Shown: piece after piece, positions 1-7,658 of the stretch
Layout: the number at the start of each line of letters is the position of its first letter
Position numbering within the stretch: position 1 is the first letter of the stretch
NCBI GenBank assembly: GCA_038064175.1
Contig: JBBTTQ010000034.1
Span: 1-26,118 of the forward strand
DNA length: 26,118 nt
Direction: 5' to 3'
Source of the DNA: Patescibacteria group bacterium
Lineage (GTDB): Bacteria; Patescibacteriota; Gracilibacteria; Peribacterales; Peribacteraceae
Made by a program: the position numbers and the translations under genes
The notes under the pieces: model-generated
The model's database searches: none
What the model saw: the letters and a program-made list of their open reading frames with translations, nothing else
Told to the model about the DNA's origin: nothing

Positions 1-1
1 T

Positions 2-370
2 GAATTTGAGAAAGTTTTACGGGAATGTGGCATTTCCCCCGAAGGGAAAGATTTTCTTTTCGGACTGCTGACGCAGAGCGAAATCATCATGCTTGGACGG
101 CGTGTGCAAATCGCACGGAGACTATTGCAAGGACATTCTTCAAAAAAAATCGAAAGGGAACTGAAAGTAGGCCAAACCACAGTGCAAGCGGTGCATCAAT
201 GGCTTCAGAAGAAAATCCCCGGCTACCGTCGTGCCCTTCCAGCAGTTCCTCAACCGCGCAAGAAAGGTTTTGTTCCAGCTGATCCCTATACGTTCCGCGG
301 ACTCCGCAAAAGATACCCATTGCAGTATTTGCTTCTGAATTTGCTGCTTGGAGATCCTGAGTGGCGGTGA
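2..370 (+). CDS. TrpR-like / YerC-YecD family HTH protein, 5'-truncated by the window edge
   Basis: Frame is open from base 2 (EFEKVLRECGISPEGKDFLFGLLTQSEIIMLGRRVQIARRLLQG...VGQTTVQAV). It matches the FL-x-x-LLT-x-x-E-x-x-ML-x-RR-x-x-IA pattern plus HTH of the TrpR/YerC family. Confidence 0.7.
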   Translation, partial: EFEKVLRECGISPEGKDFLFGLLTQSEIIMLGRRVQIARRLLQGHSSKKIERELKVGQTTVQAVHQWLQKKIPGYRRALPAVPQPRKKGFVPADPYTFRGLRKRYPLQYLLLNLLLGDPEWR

Positions 371-403
371 GATATTTCGTGAGAATTGGAGTACCATGCT
401 CCA

Positions 404-913
404 ATGAAAAAAGCTCTCGTCATCATCGCGCAGGAGGGATTTCAAGACAAAGAACTGGAGGGAACAAGGAAGGGTCTTGCCGACGCGGGATTTGAAATCG
501 TTCTTGCGAGCACGAGTGCCGGCGAGTGTCACGGGAAATTCGGCGGAGTTGAACATGCGAAGATTACCCTCACCAATGTGAACATTGGGGACTACGACCG
601 GGTTGCTTACATAGGGGGTCCCGGAGCGGCCGCCCTCAAAGAGGACGCTGATGCGAAGCGCATTGCGGTCGAAACCGTGAAAGCGAGGAAGCCTCTCGGA
701 GCCATCTGCATCGCGCCGACGATTTTGGCCGCTGCCGGAGTGCTTGAAGGTATCAAAGCAACCGTCTGGAACCGCGATAACGCCGAGTCCGCTTTTCTGG
801 AATTGCACGGAGCGATATTCACGAATGAATCTGTAACGCAGGACGGCCTGATCATCACGGGAAACGGACCCGAGGCGGCGGAGGAGTTTGGAAAAATATT
901 TGCCAGTCTGTAG
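404..913 (+). CDS. DJ-1/PfpI family protein (protease/glyoxalase-like)
   Basis: KKALVIIAQEGFQDKE start, IGGPGA, nucleophile elbow AICIAP, and C-terminal DGLIITGNGP. ATG at 404 preferred over TTG at 386. Confidence 0.9.
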   Translation: MKKALVIIAQEGFQDKELEGTRKGLADAGFEIVLASTSAGECHGKFGGVEHAKITLTNVNIGDYDRVAYIGGPGAAALKEDADAKRIAVETVKARKPLGAICIAPTILAAAGVLEGIKATVWNRDNAESAFLELHGAIFTNESVTQDGLIITGNGPEAAEEFGKIFASL

Positions 914-977
914 CTTTTAGCTGATAGCTGATAGCTGATAGAATGAAGGTTTTCTAAAAGCTATCAACGAAAAGCTA
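911..977. repeat. Heptamer tandem repeat TAGCT(T/G)(T/A) in inverted arms between convergent genes
   Basis: tagcttt-tagctga-tagctga-tagctga-tag (911-941) versus the minus-strand arm tagcttt-tcgttga-tagcttt-tag (954-977). Each arm starts at the TAG stop of a flanking gene. Confidence 0.85.
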
Positions 978-2147
978 TTGACTCAACTTGATGCCCGCAA
1001 AGTGCTGTACCCAATAGCCTGCGGAGATGCCGACGCCGATCTCGCGAAATCCTGGATGGAGAATCGCTCTGCGGTGTTCATCGCTTCGCATCCAGGCATC
1101 CATGGTCTCCTTCACACTCTTCTGACCGCGTGCCAGGTTTTCACCGAGCAGGAAGGTCTGTGCGCAGACGCCCGTATTGCAGTCGGACATGGTAAACGCA
1201 TTGTAGTACCCCGAACGTTCGATGCGCTGCTGGAACGTTTCGCCATCCGGGCCGTTATGGCCGAAGCTGTTCTCCCGGGACATTTTCTCCGCATAGCGCT
1301 TCGCAGAATCATGCAGCTCCTGACGAAAGGTGAGCGAACGCAAGCCGAGCCTCTGTCGCTCGCCATTCACTGCTGTAAGCATCTCCCTGCGCAGTTCGCC
1401 GATACGCATGGCATCGAGCACGTCTTCGAAACTCAGTTTCGGTTTCATCGGTGCAGGTTTCGGCGTCACTCGCTGGATCCAACGTTCCGTCGGCTTCCGG
1501 ATAATCGTGACTTCCTCCTCCATATGAGAAATCACAAGGAAGAGTTGCAGGCGCTCTGCCGCAGCGTTGCGCGCGTCCGCGAGGATTTCGAGTGGCGGGA
1601 AATTCGTTCCGCGTTCTTCGAATAGTCGCTCCAATGCAGCAGCGACCTCTTTATGGGTCAGGGGATTTCCCGGCGCCAATTTTGGGAACGTTTCATTATA
1701 AGGGAGGAGGCCATACTGGTAGGCTATGCCTGCGAAGGGGACGTACCAATACCCTCCCCCGACATCCAGGTACCCCTGTTGCAGATTCTCGGGAAGGCCG
1801 AAGGTGTAGGTGAGCATTTTTAAAAATTCAGTGCGATTGATGGCTTCGTTCGGGCGCAGGCGTCCCAGGGGATCCGCGCGGAGGATGCCGTACCTCTCCG
1901 CGAGAATCATGTACGGTTCGTACCATGTGTCGCTTTGGATATCCGGGAAACGGTTGAGATTTCTCAGCGTCGGAACACTCGGAAGGCGGGACAGGAGGAG
2001 AATCTGCGCTGCTTCCGCCCGCGTGACATACGGGGTGTCGAACTCTGTCGCGAAGCCTGTCTGGAGGAGCGCGGCGCTCAAGAGACAGAGCGAAATGCTG
2101 TAGGTCAGAACGATGCCAAGAGGGGTTTTTATGCTAGGGGATGCCAA
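975..2147 (-). CDS. Exported protein with N-terminal SLH-like repeats and C-terminal CAP (SCP) domain
   Basis: Hydrophobic N-terminus; SLH-like motifs (FPDIQSDTWY...GIL...LRPNEAINRTEFLKM, YLDVGGGYWY); CAP motifs (NGERQRLGL...L...A..YAEKM, FGHNGPDG, GENLARGQ, WMRSDEHRRAILHP..EIGVG). The ATG at 2162 overlaps a -10 box, so the in-frame TTG at 2147 is chosen; start uncertain. Confidence 0.85.
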   Translation of the reverse strand: MASPSIKTPLGIVLTYSISLCLLSAALLQTGFATEFDTPYVTRAEAAQILLLSRLPSVPTLRNLNRFPDIQSDTWYEPYMILAERYGILRADPLGRLRPNEAINRTEFLKMLTYTFGLPENLQQGYLDVGGGYWYVPFAGIAYQYGLLPYNETFPKLAPGNPLTHKEVAAALERLFEERGTNFPPLEILADARNAAAERLQLFLVISHMEEEVTIIRKPTERWIQRVTPKPAPMKPKLSFEDVLDAMRIGELRREMLTAVNGERQRLGLRSLTFRQELHDSAKRYAEKMSRENSFGHNGPDGETFQQRIERSGYYNAFTMSDCNTGVCAQTFLLGENLARGQKSVKETMDAWMRSDEHRRAILHPGFREIGVGISAGYWVQHFAGIKLSQ

Positions 2148-2153
2148 CCACTC

Positions 2154-2182
2154 ATTATACATTTTTTTGATCTTTGATGCAA
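2154..2182 (-). promoter_or_regulatory. sigma70-type promoter of the SLH/CAP gene
   Basis: TTGCAT-N17-TATAAT on the minus strand. Confidence 0.65.
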
Positions 2183-2202
2183 TAAGGCTTCTATGGGTAC
2201 AG

Positions 2203-2250
2203 TTTCGGGTTTACGGATTTACGGGTTGCGGGTTCAGCCTATAAACCCGC
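2203..2250. repeat. Octamer tandem repeat (TTACGGGT-like) with a short inverted partner
   Basis: tttcgggt-ttacggat-ttacgggt-tgcgggtt, then aaacccgc (2243-2250). Confidence 0.55.
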
Positions 2251-2261
2251 GATCGGTTGGC

Positions 2262-2290
2262 TTGACCCTTTTTCAAGGGAACCCTAAGAT
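2262..2290 (+). promoter_or_regulatory. sigma70-type promoter upstream of rplO
   Basis: TTGACC-N17-TAAGAT, ending 43 nt before the rplO ATG. Confidence 0.65.
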
Positions 2291-2333
2291 ACTGTCCCGG
2301 TCTGGAATATCTTTATCTCAAGCCAGAAATCGT

Positions 2334-2777
2334 ATGCTCCACACTCTTCGTCCCGCTTACGGCTCGGTCAAAAAACGAAAGCGCGTTGCGCGCGGCAACA
2401 GCGCCGGAGGAGGCACCACCGGCGGTCGCGGCACCAAAGGCCAGCAATCCCGCACGGGCAAAGGCCGCAAGTTCGGATTCGAAGGAGGCCAGGTTCCGCT
2501 CATCCGCAGACAGCCGAAACTCGGCGGTTTCAAAAACCCCAACCGGAGGGAGTTCGAAGTCATCAATATCGATACGCTGGAGGAGAAACTTTCTGCCGGG
2601 GCATACGACAACAATGCGCTCCGGAACATCGGACTCCTCTCCAGCAATAAACCCGTGAAATTGCTCGGGCGCGGCTCGGTTACGAAAAAGTTTGCATTAA
2701 CGCTCAATGCCGCTTCCGGCACAGCCCGCGCAGCTGTCGAAAAGGCGGGCGGTACGGTTACATTGTCACATGGCTAA
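2334..2777 (+). CDS. rplO: 50S ribosomal protein L15
   Basis: MLHTLRPA...KRVARGNSAGGGTTGGRGTKGQQSR...FEGGQVPLIRRQPKLGGF...LLGRG...A...VEKAGG. True start is ATG 2334, not 2193. Confidence 0.97.
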   Translation: MLHTLRPAYGSVKKRKRVARGNSAGGGTTGGRGTKGQQSRTGKGRKFGFEGGQVPLIRRQPKLGGFKNPNRREFEVINIDTLEEKLSAGAYDNNALRNIGLLSSNKPVKLLGRGSVTKKFALTLNAASGTARAAVEKAGGTVTLSHG

Positions 2778-2865
2778 ATGGTTACATTGTTCGCAAAGCG
2801 TGGCGGCATTTCTTCTCTTTATTGGTTTCGCTGACAATGTAACAATGTAGCAATGTAACAATGAA
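2756..2865. repeat. Octamer tandem repeats in inverted arms (TACATTGT / ACAATGTA)
   Basis: ggttacat-tgtcacat-ggctaaat-ggttacat-tgt (2756-2790, overlapping the rplO 3' end and stop) versus acaatgta-acaatgta-gcaatgta-acaatgaa (2834-2865). Confidence 0.85.
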
Positions 2866-2868
2866 TAT

Positions 2869-4146
2869 ATGTGGACGTATCTCCTCCAACTCTGGCGCTC
2901 GGAAGATTTGCGGCGGCGCATTCTGATGACGCTCGGTCTCCTTGTTGTCTACCGCGTCGTCGCGCACATCGCGATTCCTGGGGCGGATCCTTTCGCACTC
3001 CGGCAATTTCTGGACACACGGACGGCAACCGGGCCCATCGGCATTTTCGCGGCGCTCACCGGCGGAGCCCTTGACAATTTCTCCATCGTCCTCCTCGGTC
3101 TTTCGCCCTACATCAACGCGTCCATCATCGTTCAGCTCTGCACGGTGATTTTCCCCAAACTCGAGGCACTCTCCAAAGAAGGGGCGCAAGGGCAGCAGCA
3201 ACTGAACCGCTACACCCGGTACTTCACACTCCCACTCGCGTTTCTCCAGAGTTACGGGTTTCTGGTGCTCCTCGGGCAGGGCGGCATCAACCTCGTGGAC
3301 CTCACATTTCCCGGCGTTCTCGCGCCGATGCTCTACGTCACCGTAGGCTCGCTCTTTCTCATGTGGCTCGGGGAGCTCATGACGGAGAAGGGGATCGGCA
3401 ACGGCATTTCGATGATCATCTTCGCCGGCATCGTCGCCGGCATTCCTTCCACCGTTTCGGCGCTTCTGATCGCAGGCGAAGGGAAGATGGGTGCGTTTTA
3501 CCTCTTTGCTGTCGTGTCCATCGCGCTTCTCGTGATGGTCGTCCTCTTCACCGATGCGCATCGGTTGATTCCCATCACCTACGCCAATCAGGGCGCCGGC
3601 CGCGGCGTACAGGGGTCCATTCCCATCCGCCTGAATCAAGCGGGCATGATCCCGATCATCTTCGCGATCTCCCTCATTACGTTCCCGGCGATCATCGGAC
3701 AGTTCCTGCAGACGGCGCCGCGCTTCGCGCCCGTCGTGCAGTTCATTAATACCTATTTGAATTCCCAAAGCCCGAGCATCTTCTACATTGTCTCCTACTT
3801 TCTCCTCGTCATCGGTTTCACCTTTTTCTACGTCTCCGTCACGTTCAAGCCTGAGGAAGTCGCCGAAACCATCCAGAAGCGCGGTGGCTTCATTCCCGGA
3901 GTTCGTCCCGGTCCCCAGACGGCTGCGCTGCTCGCAAAAACCAGCAATCGTCTGAATTTGTGGGGCGGGGTCTTCCTCGGCATCGTTGCGATCATTCCGC
4001 TCCTCTTCACGCGCTACTCCACGCTGAGTTCCTCGGATCTCATCATCTCCGGCTCCGGTCTCATCATCATCGTGGGCGTCGTTATGGAACTGATCCGACA
4101 AGTGAATGCGCAATTGCTGGCGCATGATTATGAGAAGCTTGTGTAA
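2869..4146 (+). CDS. secY: Preprotein translocase subunit SecY
   Basis: Multi-TM protein with FSIVLLGLSPYINASIIVQL, GELMTEKGIGNGISMIIF, IPIRLNQAGMIPIIFA, GGFIPGVRPG and SGSGLIIIVGV. Confidence 0.98.
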   Translation: MWTYLLQLWRSEDLRRRILMTLGLLVVYRVVAHIAIPGADPFALRQFLDTRTATGPIGIFAALTGGALDNFSIVLLGLSPYINASIIVQLCTVIFPKLEALSKEGAQGQQQLNRYTRYFTLPLAFLQSYGFLVLLGQGGINLVDLTFPGVLAPMLYVTVGSLFLMWLGELMTEKGIGNGISMIIFAGIVAGIPSTVSALLIAGEGKMGAFYLFAVVSIALLVMVVLFTDAHRLIPITYANQGAGRGVQGSIPIRLNQAGMIPIIFAISLITFPAIIGQFLQTAPRFAPVVQFINTYLNSQSPSIFYIVSYFLLVIGFTFFYVSVTFKPEEVAETIQKRGGFIPGVRPGPQTAALLAKTSNRLNLWGGVFLGIVAIIPLLFTRYSTLSSSDLIISGSGLIIIVGVVMELIRQVNAQLLAHDYEKLV

Positions 4147-4181
4147 TCATGAAAGGAAAACCGCAGGTTTTCCTTTCATGA
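4147..4181. other. Perfect 16-bp inverted repeat directly after the secY stop
   Basis: tcatgaaaggaaaacc-gca-ggttttcctttcatga. Confidence 0.85.
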
Positions 4182-4280
4182 GCTATCCTTTCCCTCAGTG
4201 GTGCAGCTCCGGCGTCGGGGCCCGCCTCCGGCGCCCAACGCTTCGTCGCAGGTTTATCTCATGCACCATTACAACTCTTC

Positions 4281-4877
4281 ATGGATCTTGTTTTCTTTGG
4301 CATCCAAGGCTCCGGCAAAGGCACGCAGGCAAAGAGGCTTGCAGAGGAATTTGATTTCGATATTTTTGAAGCAGGCGGCGAGCTTCGAAAGATTGCGGCA
4401 CTTGCCCACCGTAGCCCTGAGGGCGAAGGCGGGGTGGGCTCGGAACTTGGAAAAAAAGTCAAATCGTACATCGATCAGGGGCATCTGGTTCCGCATGAGA
4501 TCATCATGCAGGTCGTGAAAGAGGCTATTCAAAAGCGTCCGAAAATGCAGAAGATTCTCTTCGACGGCATCCCACGTGACGAGAATCAAATGCGCGATTT
4601 CGATGCGATCATGGAGGGGGAAGGGCGCGGTTTTAAAGCTCTTCATCTGCAACTAGATCCCGAGGAAGGACTCCGACGGATCCTCGGCCGGGCGAGAGTA
4701 GAGGGGAGGGCGGATGACGCGAATGAAGAGATTGTCCGGCGCCGCATGAAGACGTTCACCGAAAAAACGATGCCGGTGATCGAGAAGTACAGGGCGAAGG
4801 GGATGATCACAGACATTGATGGCACAGGTTCGATGGATGAGGTATATGAAAACCTGAAGAAAGCGGTGAGCGATTAG
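4281..4877 (+). CDS. adk: Adenylate kinase, short LID-less type, with an insertion in the NMP domain
   Basis: P-loop GIQGSGKGTQA, GHLVP, LFDGIPR, short RILGR...GRADD lid region. Follows secY. Confidence 0.93.
   Translation: MDLVFFGIQGSGKGTQAKRLAEEFDFDIFEAGGELRKIAALAHRSPEGEGGVGSELGKKVKSYIDQGHLVPHEIIMQVVKEAIQKRPKMQKILFDGIPRDENQMRDFDAIMEGEGRGFKALHLQLDPEEGLRRILGRARVEGRADDANEEIVRRRMKTFTEKTMPVIEKYRAKGMITDIDGTGSMDEVYENLKKAVSD
4404..4439. repeat. REP-like palindromic element inside the adk reading frame
   Basis: gcccac-cgta-gccc-tga-gggc-gaaggcggg-gtgggc: nested stems, encoding roughly AHRSPEGEGGVG between LRKIAAL and SELGKKVK. Confidence 0.6.
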
Positions 4878-4928
4878 CGGCTAGCAATAAGCATTTTCTC
4901 ACCACTAACCGCTCGCCGCTCACCGCTT
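4861..4928. repeat. Heptamer tandem repeats in inverted arms (NAGCGGY / RCCGCTN)
   Basis: aagcggt-gagcgat-tagcggc-tagcaat-aagcat (4861-4894, covering the adk 3' end and stop) versus accacta-accgctc-gccgctc-accgctt (4901-4928). Confidence 0.8.
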
Positions 4929-4947
4929 GCTCGCGTACACTGAAGCC

Positions 4948-5697
4948 GTGTCGCAGTTCCAGATTTTCACATCGGCGGAAATCGCAAGTCTCCGCATAGC
5001 GGGGAAGATCCTCGCGGAATGTCTCCGGCATATCGCCTCGAACGTCGTTCCGGGTATCAAAACAATCGAACTCGATCGTCTCGCGGAGAAGTTTATCCGT
5101 TCCCACGATGGCGCCCGTCCCGCCTTCAAAGGCTATCGCAATTATCCATCCACCCTCTGCACGTCCGTGAACGAAGAGTGCGTGCATGGTCTCCCTGGTG
5201 AACGCGTTCTCAAAGCAGGAGACATTGTCGCTCTCGATTCGGGCGTCATCGTTGACCATCTTTACACCGATGCCTGCATCACGGTCGGTGTCGGCACAAT
5301 CGAACCTGCCGTTCAGAATTTTTTGAAGGTCACGGAGGAAACGCTCAAGCAGGCGTGCGTGAGGATCGCTCCCGGAGTTTGCGTCGGCGATCTCTCCTCT
5401 CTCATCCAGAAGAATGTAGAGGTACATGGGTATCATTGCGTCCAGGCACTGACGGGACACGGGCTTGGGAAAACGCTCCATCAGTTTCCGGACATTCCCA
5501 ATGTCGGTCAGAAGGGGACGGGGCCGGTCCTGCCTGCCTGGACGCTGATCGCGATCGAGCCGATTACATCCATGGGAGAAGGGCAAATCCGCGAAGCGGA
5601 TGACGGATGGACGATCCTGACGCGAGACGGATCTCTTTCCGCACATTTTGAACATACCGTTCTGACGACCGAGAACGGGCACGAAATCATCGCGTGA
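4948..5697 (+). CDS. map: Type I methionine aminopeptidase
   Basis: CTSVNEECVHGLP, GDIVALDSG, YTDACIT, GHGLG...H..P.IPN, IAIEP, SAHFEHTV. Start is GTG 4948 or TTG 4927. Confidence 0.95.
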   Translation: MSQFQIFTSAEIASLRIAGKILAECLRHIASNVVPGIKTIELDRLAEKFIRSHDGARPAFKGYRNYPSTLCTSVNEECVHGLPGERVLKAGDIVALDSGVIVDHLYTDACITVGVGTIEPAVQNFLKVTEETLKQACVRIAPGVCVGDLSSLIQKNVEVHGYHCVQALTGHGLGKTLHQFPDIPNVGQKGTGPVLPAWTLIAIEPITSMGEGQIREADDGWTILTRDGSLSAHFEHTVLTTENGHEIIA

Positions 5698-5711
5698 TAG
5701 AAACCACCTGA

Positions 5712-5978
5712 TTATCCTTTTTGCACGATCGATCGGTGCGTTCCTCTTTGGAGATCAAGAGCAATGTCCCGAAGCGCTACGAGGCCCCACACCACGTTTA
5801 ACATGAGAAATGGCCATGCGTGGCTCTCCAAAGCATTGAGTACCAGCAGTCCGGAGCCAAAGAAGTTCAGAACATCGTAGGAAAGGTCATCTGCGCTGAT
5901 TCGGTGCGTTTCCAGAAGATAGAAACCGATGAGAATCAGCGCCATTCCGAGAATGCCAAGCAGGAGAAAGAGATTCAT
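5712..5978 (-). CDS. Small multi-pass membrane protein (resembles CBU_0592-like family)
   Basis: 88 aa with three hydrophobic segments and the motif SYDVLNFFGSGLL..NAL...AWPFLMLNVVW. Has its own AT-rich upstream region. Confidence 0.7.
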   Translation of the reverse strand: MNLFLLLGILGMALILIGFYLLETHRISADDLSYDVLNFFGSGLLVLNALESHAWPFLMLNVVWGLVALRDIALDLQRGTHRSIVQKG

Positions 5979-6072
5979 AAGGCTATTTGTGGATATTAAT
6001 ATTATTATACCATATATTATAATTATTGCTACACAATTTTAATTCCTCTCAAGTTATTTGCAGAGGACAGGC

Positions 6073-6101
6073 TTGCTGACGCAAAGTTTGCTCTGTAAAG
6101 T
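6073..6101 (+). promoter_or_regulatory. sigma70-type promoter upstream of infA
   Basis: TTGCTG-N17-TAAAGT, ending 29 nt before the infA GTG. Confidence 0.5.
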
Positions 6102-6130
6102 GCCACGGCTCTTTCAGCAAAGCTTTCCCC

Positions 6131-6430
6131 GTGTCCAAAGACGTTATCGAACTCATCGGCATTGTGGAAGAAACTTTTCCCAATGCCACCTTCCGCGTTC
6201 GTGTGACGAGCGACCAGGCGAAAGATCACGAACTCCTGTGCCACCTGGCGGGTCGCATGCGCGTGCATCGCGTTCGCATCCTCCCCGGCGACAAGGTGAA
6301 AATCGAAATGACTCCCTATGATCTGAAGAAAGGGCGCATCGTGTACCGATTTCTGCCGGGGCACCTGCCTCCGCCCGCAGCGGGAACTCCTTCTGCGGTG
6401 CCTTCCACCCCTTCGTCCAACCCCTCATGA
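6131..6430 (+). CDS. infA: Translation initiation factor IF-1 with a Pro/Ser-rich C-terminal tail
   Basis: [21 protein letters not shown]...LCHLAGRMR...[25 protein letters not shown], then an extra [25 protein letters not shown]. Confidence 0.95.
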   Translation: MSKDVIELIGIVEETFPNATFRVRVTSDQAKDHELLCHLAGRMRVHRVRILPGDKVKIEMTPYDLKKGRIVYRFLPGHLPPPAAGTPSAVPSTPSSNPS

Positions 6431-6543
6431 AAGTCCGTTCTTCCTGCAAAAAGATCTGTGAGAACTGCCGCTTGATTATTCGCAAAGGGAGGCGGCGCAT
6501 TGTGTGTCCGAAAAATCCCAAGCACAAGCAGCGGCAGGGATGA
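6427..6543 (+). CDS. rpmJ: 50S ribosomal protein L36 (Zn-binding form); absent from the ORF track
   Basis: Manual translation [42 protein letters not shown] overlap with the infA stop. Confidence 0.97.
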   Translation: MKVRSSCKKICENCRLIIRKGRRRIVCPKNPKHKQRQG

Positions 6544-6641
6544 CGTTGCTCGCTCACTCGTTTCTTGTTTCTCGTGACCTTTCCTTCACTTTCCCATCAT
6601 CGTTGGCGCACGCGTAACGCGTAACGAGCCAACGAGTAACA
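6544..6641. repeat. Heptamer tandem repeats in inverted arms (ACG(A/C)GTA / NNCTCGT)
   Basis: cgttgct-cgctcact-cgtttct-tgtttct-cgtg versus acgcgta-acgcgta-acgagcca-acgagta-aca. Confidence 0.7.
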
Positions 6642-6654
6642 ATTCTTCTCACAT

Positions 6655-7035
6655 ATGCTTCGCGTCTCCGGTGTCGTCCTCCCTGGCCAGAAACGAATCG
6701 AGATCGCGTTAACCGCGATCAAGGGCATCGGGCGTCCGCTCAGCAAGCGGATCTTACACGAACTCAGTATCAACATGGACACGAAAGCGGATGCACTCAC
6801 CGAGGCAGATCAGGCGAGGCTGCGCAGTCGCGTGGAGAAGGAACTCACGGAAGGCGAACTCGTCCGCAAAGTTTCCTTGGACATCAAGCGCCTCCAGGAT
6901 ATCGGCACATGGCGTGGCTACAGACACCGGAGAAAACTCCCTGTTCGCGGCCAGACTTCGCGTCGAAACGCCCGAACGAAGCGCGGCAAGAAGAAGACAG
7001 GACTCTCCGGCCGCACCGTCCTTACGAAGACCTAA
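6655..7035 (+). CDS. rpsM: 30S ribosomal protein S13
   Basis: MLRVSGVVLP..KRIEIALTAIKGIG...DIKRLQDIGTWRGYRHRRKLPVRGQTSRRNARTKRG. Confidence 0.97.
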   Translation: MLRVSGVVLPGQKRIEIALTAIKGIGRPLSKRILHELSINMDTKADALTEADQARLRSRVEKELTEGELVRKVSLDIKRLQDIGTWRGYRHRRKLPVRGQTSRRNARTKRGKKKTGLSGRTVLTKT

Positions 7036-7086
7036 GACCGCGTCGGCCTGGGCCGACCGCTCCTACCATTCTATTTTTTCTTTCTC

Positions 7087-7533
7087 ATGGCTGATCCAAA
7101 AATTCCATCGGATATTGAAAAAGTTCTCGGCGAAGGCGAAGCGCCTGCGACAGGCCCGAAGCCGAAGAAAAAGAAAGTGAAGCGCGCGGTGCAAAATGCG
7201 CGTGTGTGCATCCATGCGGGCGAAAATAACACCATCGTGACCTTCACAGACTTAAACGGGAACGTTCTTGTTTCCGCAAGCTGTGGCAGCTCCGGATTCA
7301 AAGGAACGCGCAAGTCGACGCCGTATGCCGCGAAAGTGGCGGCCGAGAACGCATCACTCAAAGCCAAAGTCTACGGAGTCGAAACGGTGACGGTGGAGGT
7401 GAAGGGGCTCGGACCCGGCCGCGAGCAGGCCATTCGCGGTCTCCAGGGCGCGGGGCTCAATCTCGACGCCATCATTGACACCACTCCCATCGCTCACGGC
7501 GGATGCCGACCCGCTGGACGAAGACGGGTGTAG
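7087..7533 (+). CDS. rpsK: 30S ribosomal protein S11 with an N-terminal extension
   Basis: NNTIVTFTDLNGN, GFKGTRKSTPYAA, VKGLGPGREQAIR, DTTPIAHGGCRP. Confidence 0.97.
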   Translation: MADPKIPSDIEKVLGEGEAPATGPKPKKKKVKRAVQNARVCIHAGENNTIVTFTDLNGNVLVSASCGSSGFKGTRKSTPYAAKVAAENASLKAKVYGVETVTVEVKGLGPGREQAIRGLQGAGLNLDAIIDTTPIAHGGCRPAGRRRV

Positions 7534-7615
7534 TTTGCTCGTTTGCTTGTCTTTCTCCCCTTGCCCTTCTCTCATCCCCTCAACGAGTAAACCAGCAAAC
7601 CAGTAACCAGCAAAC
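7533..7615. repeat. Octamer tandem repeats in inverted arms (GTTTGCTN / NAGCAAAC)
   Basis: gtttgctc-gtttgctt-gtctttct versus gagtaaac-cagcaaac-cagtaac-cagcaaac. Confidence 0.8.
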
Positions 7616-7658
7616 GGATCTTCCCTCCATACCTCTCCCATAGCTTCTCTCACCTCGT

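Noticed and set aside
2193-2333. 47-aa N-terminal extension of L15 in the ORF track
   Set aside because: It spans tandem repeats and the rplO promoter; homology begins at ATG 2334.
2782-4125. Long antisense ORFs (2782-4125, 4807-5682, 8384-9160, 15736-17385, 18082-18951, 10756-11535 and similar)
   Set aside because: They shadow clearly identified genes on the opposite strand, as expected from GC-rich or repetitive codon usage, and contain no recognisable motifs.
5695-6543. Alternative genetic code (TGA=Gly, as in Gracilibacteria/Absconditabacteria)
   Set aside because: TGA terminates map, rpmJ and rplM at their expected ends, and no conserved gene has an internal TGA.
7087-7180. S11 N-terminal extension; Cys-less S4
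   Set aside because: Variable S11 N-termini and Zn-free S4 are common variants and not notable alone.
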